A DNA stretch of 12,905 bases, taken from contig CBFGJG010000050.1 of the NCBI GenBank assembly GCA_965649055.1, forward strand, positions 1-12,905, in the 5' to 3' direction. The position numbers were made by a program, and so were the translations under genes. Position 1 is the stretch's first letter, and each line of letters starts with the position of its first letter. The stretch is from a candidate division WOR-3 bacterium (GTDB taxonomy: Bacteria > Hydrothermota > UBA3072 > B12-G15). Below, one piece after another: positions 1-8,624 of the stretch. Below the pieces are notes generated by a model. It saw nothing but the letters and a program-made list of their open reading frames with translations, searched no databases and was not told where the DNA came from.

Positions 1-189
1 GAAGGGATAGGAATAAATATAAAAGAAGGTATTTTGCAAAGAGGTGAAAGGATTGTGATTATTTGTTTAGGCCTTTTGGTAGGAGTTAATCTCCTTTACT
101 GGTTATTAATTTTACTGGCAATTTTAACAAACATAACAGCAATACAGAGGATTTTCATAATCTGGAAATCCATTAAAAAGGAGGTATGA
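1..189 (+). CDS. 3' end (partial) of a CDP-alcohol phosphatidyltransferase, phosphatidylinositol-phosphate synthase (PIPS/PgsA/AIPS)-like
   Basis: Not in the ORF track. Frame 1 is open from base 1 to TGA at 187-189: [62 protein letters not shown]. The 'EG.G....G..xRxER', two hydrophobic helices and 'TAxQR' are the typical C-terminus of PIPS/AIPS-type enzymes. The stop overlaps the ino1 start (ATGATG). Confidence 0.85.
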   Translation, partial: EGIGINIKEGILQRGERIVIICLGLLVGVNLLYWLLILLAILTNITAIQRIFIIWKSIKKEV

Positions 190-1277
190 TGGGTAAGATT
201 AGGGTTGCTATAATAGGTGTTGGGAATTGTGCTTCGTCACTTGTTCAGGGAGTTTACTATTACAGGAATGCGAAAGAGGATGAGCTAATTCCAGGAATTA
301 TGCATGTTAACATTGGTGGTTATCATATCAGGGATATAGAATTTTCCTGTGCCATTGATATAAACAAAACAAAAGTAGGGAAGGACCTTTCAGAGGCAAT
401 TTTTGCTTATCCTAATAATACCTATAAGTTTACAGATGTTCCAAAATCAGGCGTTAAAGTCATAAGAGGAATGACACATGATGGTATTGGAAAGTATCTC
501 GAGAAGATAATAGAAAAGGCACCGGGTTCAACGGCAGATATTGTGAAGGCACTAAAGGATTCAAAGACAGATATAGTTTTGAATTATCTTCCCGTTGGTA
601 GTGAAGAAGCAACAAAATGGTATGTTGAACAGGTTCTTCAGGCTGGATGTGGCTTTATAAACTGTATACCCGTTTTCATAGCAAGTTCAAAATTCTGGGC
701 AGACAGGTTTGCAAGTAAGAATCTTCCAATAATAGGTGATGACATTAAGTCACAGGTAGGTGCAACGATTACACACAGGGTTTTAACAAAATTATTCGTT
801 GATAGAGGGGTGAAGATAGAAAGGACCTTCCAGCTAAATATTGGTGGGAATACTGACTTTTTAAATATGCTTGAAAGGGAGAGGCTTGAATCAAAGAAGA
901 TATCAAAGACACAGGCAGTTACTTCTTTAATGCCATACGATATTGGTGAAGATAACATTCACATAGGTCCTTCTGATTATATTCCCTGGCTTACAGACAG
1001 AAAATGGGCTTATATGAGGATGGAAGGAAAGACATTCGGTGATGTTCCACTTAATCTTGAATTAAAACTTGAGGTCTGGGATTCACCAAATTCAGCAGGT
1101 GTTGTTATAGATGCAATAAGGATTATGAAACTTGCCCTTGATAGAGGTATTGGTGGACCTTTGATTGAACCTTCAAGTTATTTTATGAAATCACCACCTG
1201 TTCAATTCCCTGATAATGTTGCAAGGGAGAAGGTGGAAGATTATATAAAGAATTTGTCATCAAAAAAGGAGAAATAA
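186..1277 (+). CDS. ino1: myo-inositol-1-phosphate synthase (actinobacterial/archaeal short type)
   Basis: Rossmann motif [16 protein letters not shown], plus [47 protein letters not shown] and [19 protein letters not shown] at 178-184. The second ATG (189) has better SD spacing. Confidence 0.97.
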   Translation: MMGKIRVAIIGVGNCASSLVQGVYYYRNAKEDELIPGIMHVNIGGYHIRDIEFSCAIDINKTKVGKDLSEAIFAYPNNTYKFTDVPKSGVKVIRGMTHDGIGKYLEKIIEKAPGSTADIVKALKDSKTDIVLNYLPVGSEEATKWYVEQVLQAGCGFINCIPVFIASSKFWADRFASKNLPIIGDDIKSQVGATITHRVLTKLFVDRGVKIERTFQLNIGGNTDFLNMLERERLESKKISKTQAVTSLMPYDIGEDNIHIGPSDYIPWLTDRKWAYMRMEGKTFGDVPLNLELKLEVWDSPNSAGVVIDAIRIMKLALDRGIGGPLIEPSSYFMKSPPVQFPDNVAREKVEDYIKNLSSKKEK

Positions 1278-1288
1278 TAAAAAAGGGT

Positions 1289-1897
1289 TTGTTCATTACA
1301 TTTGAAGGAATAGAAGGCTCGGGAAAAAGTCTACAGTTAAGACTATTGAAAAAATTTTTGCAGAAAAATGGGTTTGATGTTATTGCAACAAGGGAACCTG
1401 GTGGAACAGAACTCGGGAAAAAAATAAGAAATTTATTGCTTTCTCCCAAAAATAGAATTAATTCATATGCCGAGCTTTTCTTACTACTTGCAGACAGGGC
1501 ACAGCATATTGAAGATGTAATATTAAAGAATATTAATGAGGGTAAGATTGTTTTATGTGATAGGTATTTTGATTCAACAATTGCATATCAGGGTGGTGGA
1601 AGGAGAATACCTGATGATGTAATTTATAACCTAATAAATCTGGAGATTTTTTCGTTAAAACCTGATATTACTTTTCTATTCGACCTTCCGGTTGAAATAA
1701 GCTTAAAGAGGCTTAAAAAGACTGATAGGATTGAATCACAGGAAATAGAGTTTCATAGAAGGGTGAGAAGAAAATATCTTGAGATTGCAGAGCTTGAAAA
1801 AAGGATTTTTTTGATAGATGGTAATGAAGAAATAAAATCGATACATAAAATAATAAGAGAAAAAACCTTAAAAATCATAAAGGAGAAAAATTTATGA
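1289..1897 (+). CDS. tmk: thymidylate (dTMP) kinase
   Basis: FITFEGIEGSGKS P-loop, TREPGGT, LLADRAQH, CDRYFDSTIAYQG, PDITFLFD and DRIE. The track start is TTG at 1289, but the true start may be ATA at 1277 (see findings). Confidence 0.96.
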   Translation: MFITFEGIEGSGKSLQLRLLKKFLQKNGFDVIATREPGGTELGKKIRNLLLSPKNRINSYAELFLLLADRAQHIEDVILKNINEGKIVLCDRYFDSTIAYQGGGRRIPDDVIYNLINLEIFSLKPDITFLFDLPVEISLKRLKKTDRIESQEIEFHRRVRRKYLEIAELEKRIFLIDGNEEIKSIHKIIREKTLKIIKEKNL

Positions 1898-3357
1898 GAA
1901 AGTTAATAATTATAATAGGTGTTGTTATTTTGATTATAGCATCTGTCCCTGCTGTTTCATCATTTGTCTATCTCCAGTTGTTCGAGAATACTTTGAATTT
2001 GATAAGGGATAACTATGTCAAACCTGTATCCATTGACTCTCTTTGTATTAATGCAATAAGAGGAATGATGAAAGAGCTTGATCCGCATTCAGTCTATCTT
2101 ACACCTGAAGAATACAAGGATATGATGGTTAAGACAGAGGGGGAATTTGGTGGCATAGGGATACAGATAAACAAGTCTGGAGATTACATCACAATTATTG
2201 CTCCAATTGAAAATACACCTGCATCTAAGGCAGGACTCCGTTCAGGCGACCTAATAATAAAAATAGATGATGTGGATACAAAAGATATGAAATCAGATGA
2301 TGCAGTCAAGAGGATGAGGGGAACTCCTGGGACAAAGGTAAAGTTAACGATTAAAAGGGGTGAACTTGAGCCGTTCGATGTAGTTATAATAAGAGATATA
2401 ATAAAGATTAAAGCAGTTCCTTTCTATGATGTATTTGAAGGTGTTGGTTATATAAGATGTTCAGATTTTAACGAATCTTCTGCCGGTGAAGTTGAAAATG
2501 CATTGAATCAGCTGGTTAAAAAAGGTGCAAAATCTTTTATTCTTGATTTAAGGTCAAATCCAGGTGGATTACTTATAAAATCAGTTGATATGGCTTCATT
2601 ATTCCTTGAAAAAGGAAGATTGGTTGTTTCAACAAAAGGTAGAATAGGGGAGGAGGTATATAAATCAAACGGCGGGAATTTTACCAATTTCCCGCTTGTA
2701 GTTCTTATCGATGGGGGAAGTGCAAGTGCATCTGAAATTGTTGCAGGTGCAATACAGGATTGGGATAGAGGCCTGATTGTCGGAACAAATTCTTTCGGTA
2801 AGGGAAGTGTCCAGAAGATTTATCCTTTAAAGATAGGTGCTGTAAAACTTACCGTTGCACTTTATCTGACCCCAACTGGGAGAAGGATTGATGAGAATAT
2901 GGCAAAAGAAGATACTGCGAAGATTTATAGATCTCTTGTCCTTGGAAGGGAATTAAAAGGTGGTGGTGGAATAAAACCAGATACAACAATACCATTTGAA
3001 AAAAGAGATGAATTAACAGAGAAGATAAGCTCAAAAAATCTATTCTTTAAATTTATTGTTGAATACAAGAATAAGAATGAAAAAGAAATTAAAGAAATAT
3101 CAGATGATATAATGATGAAATTCAAAGATTATGTGAAGAAGGAAAAGATTGATTTTACAGAAGAAGAGTGGAATCAAGCATACACCACAAACAAGCACCA
3201 GCTTTTAATATCACTATATGAAAACCAGTATGGTGAGGCAGGTAGATATAAGGCTATTCTTTCATTTGATAAACAATACGAATTTGCATATAACCTATTA
3301 AAAAAATGTAAGAAACCAGAGGATGTTTTTAACTATCAAAAGCTTTTGCAGAAATAA
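1894..3357 (+). CDS. ctpA: S41A carboxyl-terminal processing protease with PDZ domain and N-terminal signal/anchor
   Basis: Hydrophobic N-terminus, LDPHSVYL, GEFGGIGI, PDZ region, ILDLRSNPGGLL, SASASEIVAG (catalytic Ser) and GKGSVQ (catalytic Lys). ATGA overlap with tmk and SD AGGAG at 1881-1885. Confidence 0.95.
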   Translation: MRKLIIIIGVVILIIASVPAVSSFVYLQLFENTLNLIRDNYVKPVSIDSLCINAIRGMMKELDPHSVYLTPEEYKDMMVKTEGEFGGIGIQINKSGDYITIIAPIENTPASKAGLRSGDLIIKIDDVDTKDMKSDDAVKRMRGTPGTKVKLTIKRGELEPFDVVIIRDIIKIKAVPFYDVFEGVGYIRCSDFNESSAGEVENALNQLVKKGAKSFILDLRSNPGGLLIKSVDMASLFLEKGRLVVSTKGRIGEEVYKSNGGNFTNFPLVVLIDGGSASASEIVAGAIQDWDRGLIVGTNSFGKGSVQKIYPLKIGAVKLTVALYLTPTGRRIDENMAKEDTAKIYRSLVLGRELKGGGGIKPDTTIPFEKRDELTEKISSKNLFFKFIVEYKNKNEKEIKEISDDIMMKFKDYVKKEKIDFTEEEWNQAYTTNKHQLLISLYENQYGEAGRYKAILSFDKQYEFAYNLLKKCKKPEDVFNYQKLLQK

Positions 3358-3922
3358 CACCAAATAAAAATCCACCAAGATGTGCGAGAACTGCAACGCC
3401 TGGTGAATTAATATTAATTAATTGTGAAATAATCCAGATTATAAAGAAAATCCAGGAACTTAACTGGAATTTAAAAGGTGGGATAATCGAAATTGTGTTG
3501 ATTTTTTTCTTAAAGAAATAAACAAAATAAGAACCCATTATAGCGGAGATAGCACCGCTTGCTCCAATAACAGGTATCTTTGAATCAATATTGAACAATA
3601 CATAAAACAATAAGGAGAATATTCCACCAATAATATAAAGCAATATTAACCTTGTATGACCTATCTTCTCTTCAACCGACCTGCCAAAAGCATAAAGGAA
3701 TATCATATTGAAAATAATATGAAATATTGAACCATGTATGAACATAGATAAAAAAATCTTAAAAAATACGTATGCTGTTATGTTTTTAATCTCATAGGGT
3801 GAAAAGAGTAGATTTTCGTTTATTCTAACTTTAAGATAAAAAAATATGTTTAAAATAATCAATATTAAAATTACAAAAGGGAATTTTTTTGCCTTTATAT
3901 TATCACCAACGGGTATAAACAT
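3329..3922 (-). CDS. rhomboid family intramembrane serine protease
   Basis: Multi-TM protein with MFIHGSIFHIIFNM, GASGAI (catalytic Ser) and AHLGG (catalytic His). The N-terminal 'IPxGD...PFV' is typical of this subfamily. Its 3' end overlaps ctpA convergently by 29 bp. Confidence 0.94.
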   Translation of the reverse strand: MFIPVGDNIKAKKFPFVILILIILNIFFYLKVRINENLLFSPYEIKNITAYVFFKIFLSMFIHGSIFHIIFNMIFLYAFGRSVEEKIGHTRLILLYIIGGIFSLLFYVLFNIDSKIPVIGASGAISAIMGSYFVYFFKKKINTISIIPPFKFQLSSWIFFIIWIISQLININSPGVAVLAHLGGFLFGVISAKAFDS

Positions 3923-3928
3923 ATGAGG

Positions 3929-3977
3929 ATTATATTTAAGTTTTTATTGTTGACAAGAAATTTTATAATTATATTTT
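3929..3977. promoter_or_regulatory. divergent sigma70-type promoters with overlapping -35 boxes (rhomboid / rimO)
   Basis: Minus strand: TTGTCA (3956-3951), 16 nt, TATAAT (3934-3929), 6 nt, rhomboid ATG. Plus strand: TTGACA (3950-3955), 16 nt, TATTTT (3972-3977), 5 nt, rimO ATG at 3983. Neither gene has an SD. Confidence 0.6.
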
Positions 3978-3982
3978 TTTAT

Positions 3983-5260
3983 ATGAAAAAATTTTATTTA
4001 GAGTCACTCGGTTGCCCTAAAAATACATCTGATAGTGAATTTATAATTGAAAAATTGATAAAACAGGGTTATATATACATAAAATCATATGAAGATGCAG
4101 ATACAATAATTGTTAATACCTGTGCATTTATAAAACCTGCAATAGATGAATCAGTAAAGTTAATAAAAGAATATTCAAGATTGAATAAAGATGTTATTGT
4201 CACCGGATGTCTCGTTGAAAGATTCGGGAAGGAAATAAAAGGACTTCACAGGAAAAATATATATTTTATGAGGATAAAAGAAATTTTTAATATTAAAGAA
4301 CGATTTTTTATAGGTGAGAACATTTCACGGAATTATCTGGAACCATATCATTATAGATACATTAAGATTTCTGATGGCTGCAATCACAGATGTTCTTTCT
4401 GTTCAATACCGCATATAAAAGGAAGATATAAGTCAAAACCCGTTGAGATGGTTTTGAATGAGATAAAGAGTCTTCCTCAGTCTGTAAAAGAGATAATACT
4501 TATTGGACAGGATACAACAAAATATGGAATAGATATTTATGGAAAACCTATGCTTAATCAACTTCTAAAAAAATTAGTTAAAATTTTTAAAGGATGGATA
4601 AGGATTCTATATTTACATCCATTATTTATTACAGATGATTTGATTGAAATGATTTCTGAAGATAATAATATAGTTAAATATATTGACTTACCATTACAAC
4701 ATATCTCAGATAATGTTCTCAAATCGTTCACAAGGGGATACGATGAAAAATATGTCAGGAGATTAATTGAAAAAATTAGAAGACGAAGTAATTTATTTAT
4801 AAGGGGAACATTCATAATTGGTTCTCCATTCGAGAAAGACAAAGATTTCAAGAAACTGTGTGAATTTGTAAAAGAAAATGAGATTGAGAGAATCTGTTTC
4901 TTCATATATTCACCTGAGGAAGGAACAAATCTATATAGGTACGGAACTTTGGACAAAGAAATAATCAAAGAAAGGGAAATAGAATTTCAGAATTTAAGTT
5001 TTGAAATAAGGGAAAAAATAAACGAAAGATTATTATGGAAAAGGATTAAAATTCTTATTGACGGGAAAGAAGATTTATATTATGGTAGGACAGAATATGA
5101 TGCACCGGAGATTGATAACATTGTTTATATTAACCAGAAAGTAAAGATAGGAGAATTTGAAGATGTTGAAATTGTCTCTTTTGCTGATACTTTTCTTTTT
5201 GCAGACAGGTTGCAAAAAGGAAATAAAAAGAGAAACACAGATAGAAAAAATTATTATTAA
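3983..5260 (+). CDS. rimO: ribosomal protein S12 methylthiotransferase (radical SAM)
   Basis: UPF0004 domain LGCPKN..DSE, NTCAFI..A.DES and GCL. Radical SAM motif CNHRCSFC. C-terminal TRAM with the RimO-typical GRTEYDAPEID. I moved the start from 3923 to ATG 3983 (MKKFYLESLGC) because 3923-3982 is the promoter region. Confidence 0.94.
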   Translation: MKKFYLESLGCPKNTSDSEFIIEKLIKQGYIYIKSYEDADTIIVNTCAFIKPAIDESVKLIKEYSRLNKDVIVTGCLVERFGKEIKGLHRKNIYFMRIKEIFNIKERFFIGENISRNYLEPYHYRYIKISDGCNHRCSFCSIPHIKGRYKSKPVEMVLNEIKSLPQSVKEIILIGQDTTKYGIDIYGKPMLNQLLKKLVKIFKGWIRILYLHPLFITDDLIEMISEDNNIVKYIDLPLQHISDNVLKSFTRGYDEKYVRRLIEKIRRRSNLFIRGTFIIGSPFEKDKDFKKLCEFVKENEIERICFFIYSPEEGTNLYRYGTLDKEIIKEREIEFQNLSFEIREKINERLLWKRIKILIDGKEDLYYGRTEYDAPEIDNIVYINQKVKIGEFEDVEIVSFADTFLFADRLQKGNKKRNTDRKNYY

Positions 5261-5687
5261 TGAGGGAAAGAAAAATTTAAAAGAAGACTTGGAAGGTTAT
5301 GTTACAAGAGGTAAATTGGGTCTTTATTTGTATAATTTCTTTTCGGACAAATCCCTTTATAAAGACTATCTTTCTTTCCTTAAAGATAAGAAATATATAC
5401 CCTTTAATGATAGTTTTTATCCTGATGATACAGTAAAGAGGTTTCAATTTGCAATTGTCCTAACAAGAATCGTATTTGATAAGGGTCTTGAATATCATTA
5501 CGAGAATACTATTATTCCAAAGGATTTAAGCAAAGGGGTGTATTATTATAATGCAGTTTTGATGGTCTTGGGATTAAATCTAATGGATGTTTATGAAGGA
5601 TTATTTTACCCGCAGGAATACTTGAAGGTGAAAGATATGTTAAAAGCATTTGAGAGGATAAAAAAATATGAGATGGGAAATAGGTGA
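5157..5687 (+). CDS. putative lipoprotein with degenerate S-layer homology (SLH)-like repeats
   Basis: Signal peptide with lipobox-like LQTGC followed by KK. SLH-like segments VTRGKL, FYPDDTVKRFQFA and YYNAVLMVLGLNLMDVYEGLFYPQEYL. SD AGGAG at 5149-5153, with start either TTG 5157 or ATG 5163. Confidence 0.7.
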   Translation: MKMLKLSLLLILFFLQTGCKKEIKRETQIEKIIINEGKKNLKEDLEGYVTRGKLGLYLYNFFSDKSLYKDYLSFLKDKKYIPFNDSFYPDDTVKRFQFAIVLTRIVFDKGLEYHYENTIIPKDLSKGVYYYNAVLMVLGLNLMDVYEGLFYPQEYLKVKDMLKAFERIKKYEMGNR

Positions 5688-7335
5688 TTCAAGAAAATTA
5701 GACCCACCATATAATCTAAATGTTAATCCTATAATTTATACTATTCTCAAGAAGAAAAATATGTCTGATGAAGAAATTATTCAATTTATAAATCCTGATA
5801 TAAACAGACTTGAGAATCCTTTTAAATTTAAAGATATGGAAAAAAGCGTTGAAAAAATATTAAGGAATGTTGAAGAAAAGAAGAAGATATTAATATTTGG
5901 GGATTACGATGTTGATGGAACAACAGGGACTGCATTAATTTATAAAATATTAAAAAAAATAGGTGGGGATGTCCTTTATTATATACCGCATAGATTGAAG
6001 GAAGGTTATGGCTTCTCTATGAATGGTGTTGAATTTGCAAAGAATAATGGTGTTTCATTAATTATAACCGTTGACTGTGGAATAAAAGCAGTTGATACCG
6101 TAAGAATGGCAAATAAATATAACATTGATGTTATTATTACAGACCACCATGAACCTGGTGATATAATCCCTGATGCGTTTGGAATCATAAATCCAAAATG
6201 TGAAGGTAATTATCCATTTAAATATCTATCAGGTGCAGGTGTCGCATTTAAACTTTGTCAGGGAATAATATCAGAGATTAAAGAATTAAACAAATTCCTT
6301 TTATGGCAACTTGACCTTGTAGCAGTGGGAACAATTGCAGACGTTGTTCCACTAATTGGAGAAAACAGAATACTTGCAAAATATGGTTTAATTATACTTA
6401 ATAAATTAAAAAAACCTGGTTTTAAATTACTAAAAGAGGTTGCTAATTTAAAAAGGGATATAAAAAGTGATGACATTTCTTTCATTATTGGACCAAGGAT
6501 GAACGCAATGGGTAGAATTGCACATGCAAATGAAACTGTAAAACTTTTACTCACCGATGATTTTGATGAAGCAAGAAATATTGCAAAGAAAATGGATTTT
6601 CTTAACAGAGAAAGGCAGACAGGTGAAAAGGATATTATTTATGAATCAGAAAGGATGATTGAAAGAATGGACCTTGATGAATACTGGTCTATTGTATTAT
6701 GGAATGAAAACTGGCACGAGGGTATCATTGGAATTGCTGCATCAAAAATAGCAGAAAAATATTCACGACCAACTATCTTATTTTCTGTAAGGGAAGATTT
6801 TGCAAAAGGTTCGGGTAGAAGCATAAAAGATGTCCATTTACTTGAAAATTTAGAAAAATGCAAGGAGTTTTTGATTGAGTATGGGGGCCATAGTGATGCT
6901 GCTGGCATGCTAATGCTAAAAGAAAATCTTCCTGCATTCAGGGAAAAATTTAATAAAGAGGTCAAATCCGTAATGACAAGGGATATGCTTGATGGAATAT
7001 TAGAAATCGAGATGGAACTTGATATTGAAGATATAAATGAAGAACTTTACGAAGCCTTAAAAATACTTGAACCTTTCGGTGAAGGGAATCCGTTTCCTGA
7101 TTTTCTTTTAAGAGGTTGTAAAGTTATTGGTTATCCTGAAAATTTTTCAAATGATAGTGTTAGATTTTTAATCACGAAAAATGGAATACATCATAAGGTG
7201 ATTTCATTTAAAAATGGTGATGTCCTTGAAAAGATAAAGGGAAGACCTGAGATTGACATTGTTTTTAATATTTCAAAAAGTCGGGATGGCAGAATGTATT
7301 TAAAACTTGTAGATTATGTGGTTAAAGAAAAATAA
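5668..7335 (+). CDS. recJ: single-stranded-DNA-specific exonuclease RecJ
   Basis: DHH-family motifs GDYDVDG, ITVDCG, TDHH, GTIADVVPL, PRMNAMGR, GSGRS, GGH and EPFGEGNP. Confidence 0.97.
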   Translation: MRWEIGDSRKLDPPYNLNVNPIIYTILKKKNMSDEEIIQFINPDINRLENPFKFKDMEKSVEKILRNVEEKKKILIFGDYDVDGTTGTALIYKILKKIGGDVLYYIPHRLKEGYGFSMNGVEFAKNNGVSLIITVDCGIKAVDTVRMANKYNIDVIITDHHEPGDIIPDAFGIINPKCEGNYPFKYLSGAGVAFKLCQGIISEIKELNKFLLWQLDLVAVGTIADVVPLIGENRILAKYGLIILNKLKKPGFKLLKEVANLKRDIKSDDISFIIGPRMNAMGRIAHANETVKLLLTDDFDEARNIAKKMDFLNRERQTGEKDIIYESERMIERMDLDEYWSIVLWNENWHEGIIGIAASKIAEKYSRPTILFSVREDFAKGSGRSIKDVHLLENLEKCKEFLIEYGGHSDAAGMLMLKENLPAFREKFNKEVKSVMTRDMLDGILEIEMELDIEDINEELYEALKILEPFGEGNPFPDFLLRGCKVIGYPENFSNDSVRFLITKNGIHHKVISFKNGDVLEKIKGRPEIDIVFNISKSRDGRMYLKLVDYVVKEK

Positions 7336-7960
7336 AGAAGGGAAAATTTATTTTGAATTCGATTTTGGTTTTGGTAAGCTCATTCAGGGGACAAAACATT
7401 TTAATCCTGTTGAAGAATTAAAATTTCAAAAAAATTATGGTTTAAAACAGATACATTCAGGTGTGATAGTCCAGGCAGGAATAACGGATGAATCAGTCGG
7501 AGATGGTATTTACACTTTTGAGTCAAATAAATTTATATATGTAAAAACTGCCGATTGCCTTCCCTGTGCCATGATTAATAAAGATGAAAGGATACTCGGT
7601 ATTCTTCATATTGGATGGCGTGGAACTTATTTGAGAATAATTCAAAGATTTTTAAATAAATTTTATACTGAATATTCAATAAATCCAGAAAGTTGGGAAG
7701 TAATATTCGGTCAATGCATAAATAAGGATAACTATGAGATAAAAGAAGACCTTAAAAGATTATTGTTAAGTTCAAAAATAAAAGGAATAATTGAAAAAGA
7801 TAATAAGATATTTTTTAATCTTCTTGAAGCAAATATCAAATTAATTGAAGAATTTAATATAACAAATTATCATATTTTTCCTGAAACAGAAAAAGAAATG
7901 TTTTTTTCTCATAGATTGGGGGATAAAGGAAGAAATATCTTCGGTGGATTTATATATTAA
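7316..7960 (+). CDS. pgeF: YfiH/PgeF (laccase-domain, purine nucleoside phosphorylase-like) family protein
   Basis: KQIHS, TADCLP, HIGWRG (His-Cys-His triad) and FFSHR. The N-terminus is shortened and divergent. Confidence 0.88.
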   Translation: MWLKKNKEGKIYFEFDFGFGKLIQGTKHFNPVEELKFQKNYGLKQIHSGVIVQAGITDESVGDGIYTFESNKFIYVKTADCLPCAMINKDERILGILHIGWRGTYLRIIQRFLNKFYTEYSINPESWEVIFGQCINKDNYEIKEDLKRLLLSSKIKGIIEKDNKIFFNLLEANIKLIEEFNITNYHIFPETEKEMFFSHRLGDKGRNIFGGFIY

Positions 7961-8598
7961 TCATTCTTTTTTATCATCGGAACAAATCTAACAGGAATAA
8001 TATCTTCAACAATAATTCCTTTAGTTGTTTTCTTAACCACCTTCAATTCCTGATATATGTCCCCAACAGGGAGAACCATAATACCACCAACTTTCAGTTG
8101 TTTTACGAGTTCCTCAGGTATCTCTTCCGGTGCACAGGTAATAATTATCTTATCAAATGGTGCATGTTCTTTCCATCCTTTGTAACCATCTCCACATTTC
8201 ACAAAAACATTATTGTAATTTAGTTTCTTCAACCTTTCTTCTGCTGTTTCTGCAAGTTCTTTTATGATTTCTATTGTGAAGACAGAGTCTGCAAGTAATG
8301 ATAGAATTGCTGCCTGATAACCTGAACCTGTTCCAATTTCAAGAACCTTATCTTCCTTTCTTAATTTTAGAAGTTCAGTCATCAATGCCACTATATATGG
8401 TTGTGAGATTGTCTGCCCGTAGCCAATTGGTAACGGGGTATCCTCATAAGCATATGGTTTATATTCATCTGGAACAAATAAGTGTCTTTCGACTTTAAGC
8501 ATAGCATTTATGACATTCGTATCTGTTATACCCCTTTTTACTATCTGTTCCTGAACCATGTTTTTCCTCAATTTTTCAAAGTCTACCTTCTTTTCCAT
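7957..8598 (-). CDS. pcm: protein-L-isoaspartate(D-aspartate) O-methyltransferase
   Basis: RHLFVP, AYEDTPLPIGYGQTISQP, VLEIGTGSGYQAA, APFDKII and VRFVP. GGAG lies 6 nt before ATG 8598. The longer start at 8637 is possible. Confidence 0.96.
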   Translation of the reverse strand: MEKKVDFEKLRKNMVQEQIVKRGITDTNVINAMLKVERHLFVPDEYKPYAYEDTPLPIGYGQTISQPYIVALMTELLKLRKEDKVLEIGTGSGYQAAILSLLADSVFTIEIIKELAETAEERLKKLNYNNVFVKCGDGYKGWKEHAPFDKIIITCAPEEIPEELVKQLKVGGIMVLPVGDIYQELKVVKKTTKGIIVEDIIPVRFVPMIKKND

Positions 8599-8624
8599 AT
8601 TTTTCTCCATTGATAAAAAGATTG

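Noticed and set aside
638..1449. Minus-strand ORFs 638-958 and 1183-1449
   Set aside because: Antisense shadows of ino1 and tmk with no recognisable motifs.
2849..3125. Minus-strand ORFs 2849-3034 and 2925-3125
   Set aside because: Shadows inside ctpA. Their hydrophobicity is the expected result of reverse-reading A-rich codons.
3406..3419. 14-bp palindrome AATTAATATTAATT
   Set aside because: All-AT, inside the rhomboid CDS, and expected by chance at this composition.
3923..3982. 20-aa N-terminal extension of RimO in the ORF track
   Set aside because: It would leave no intergenic space between divergent genes and it covers the promoter boxes. Homology-like sequence begins at ATG 3983.
4558..6965. 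Minus-strand ORFs at 4558, 6006, 6258 and 6639
   Set aside because: Antisense shadows of rimO and recJ.
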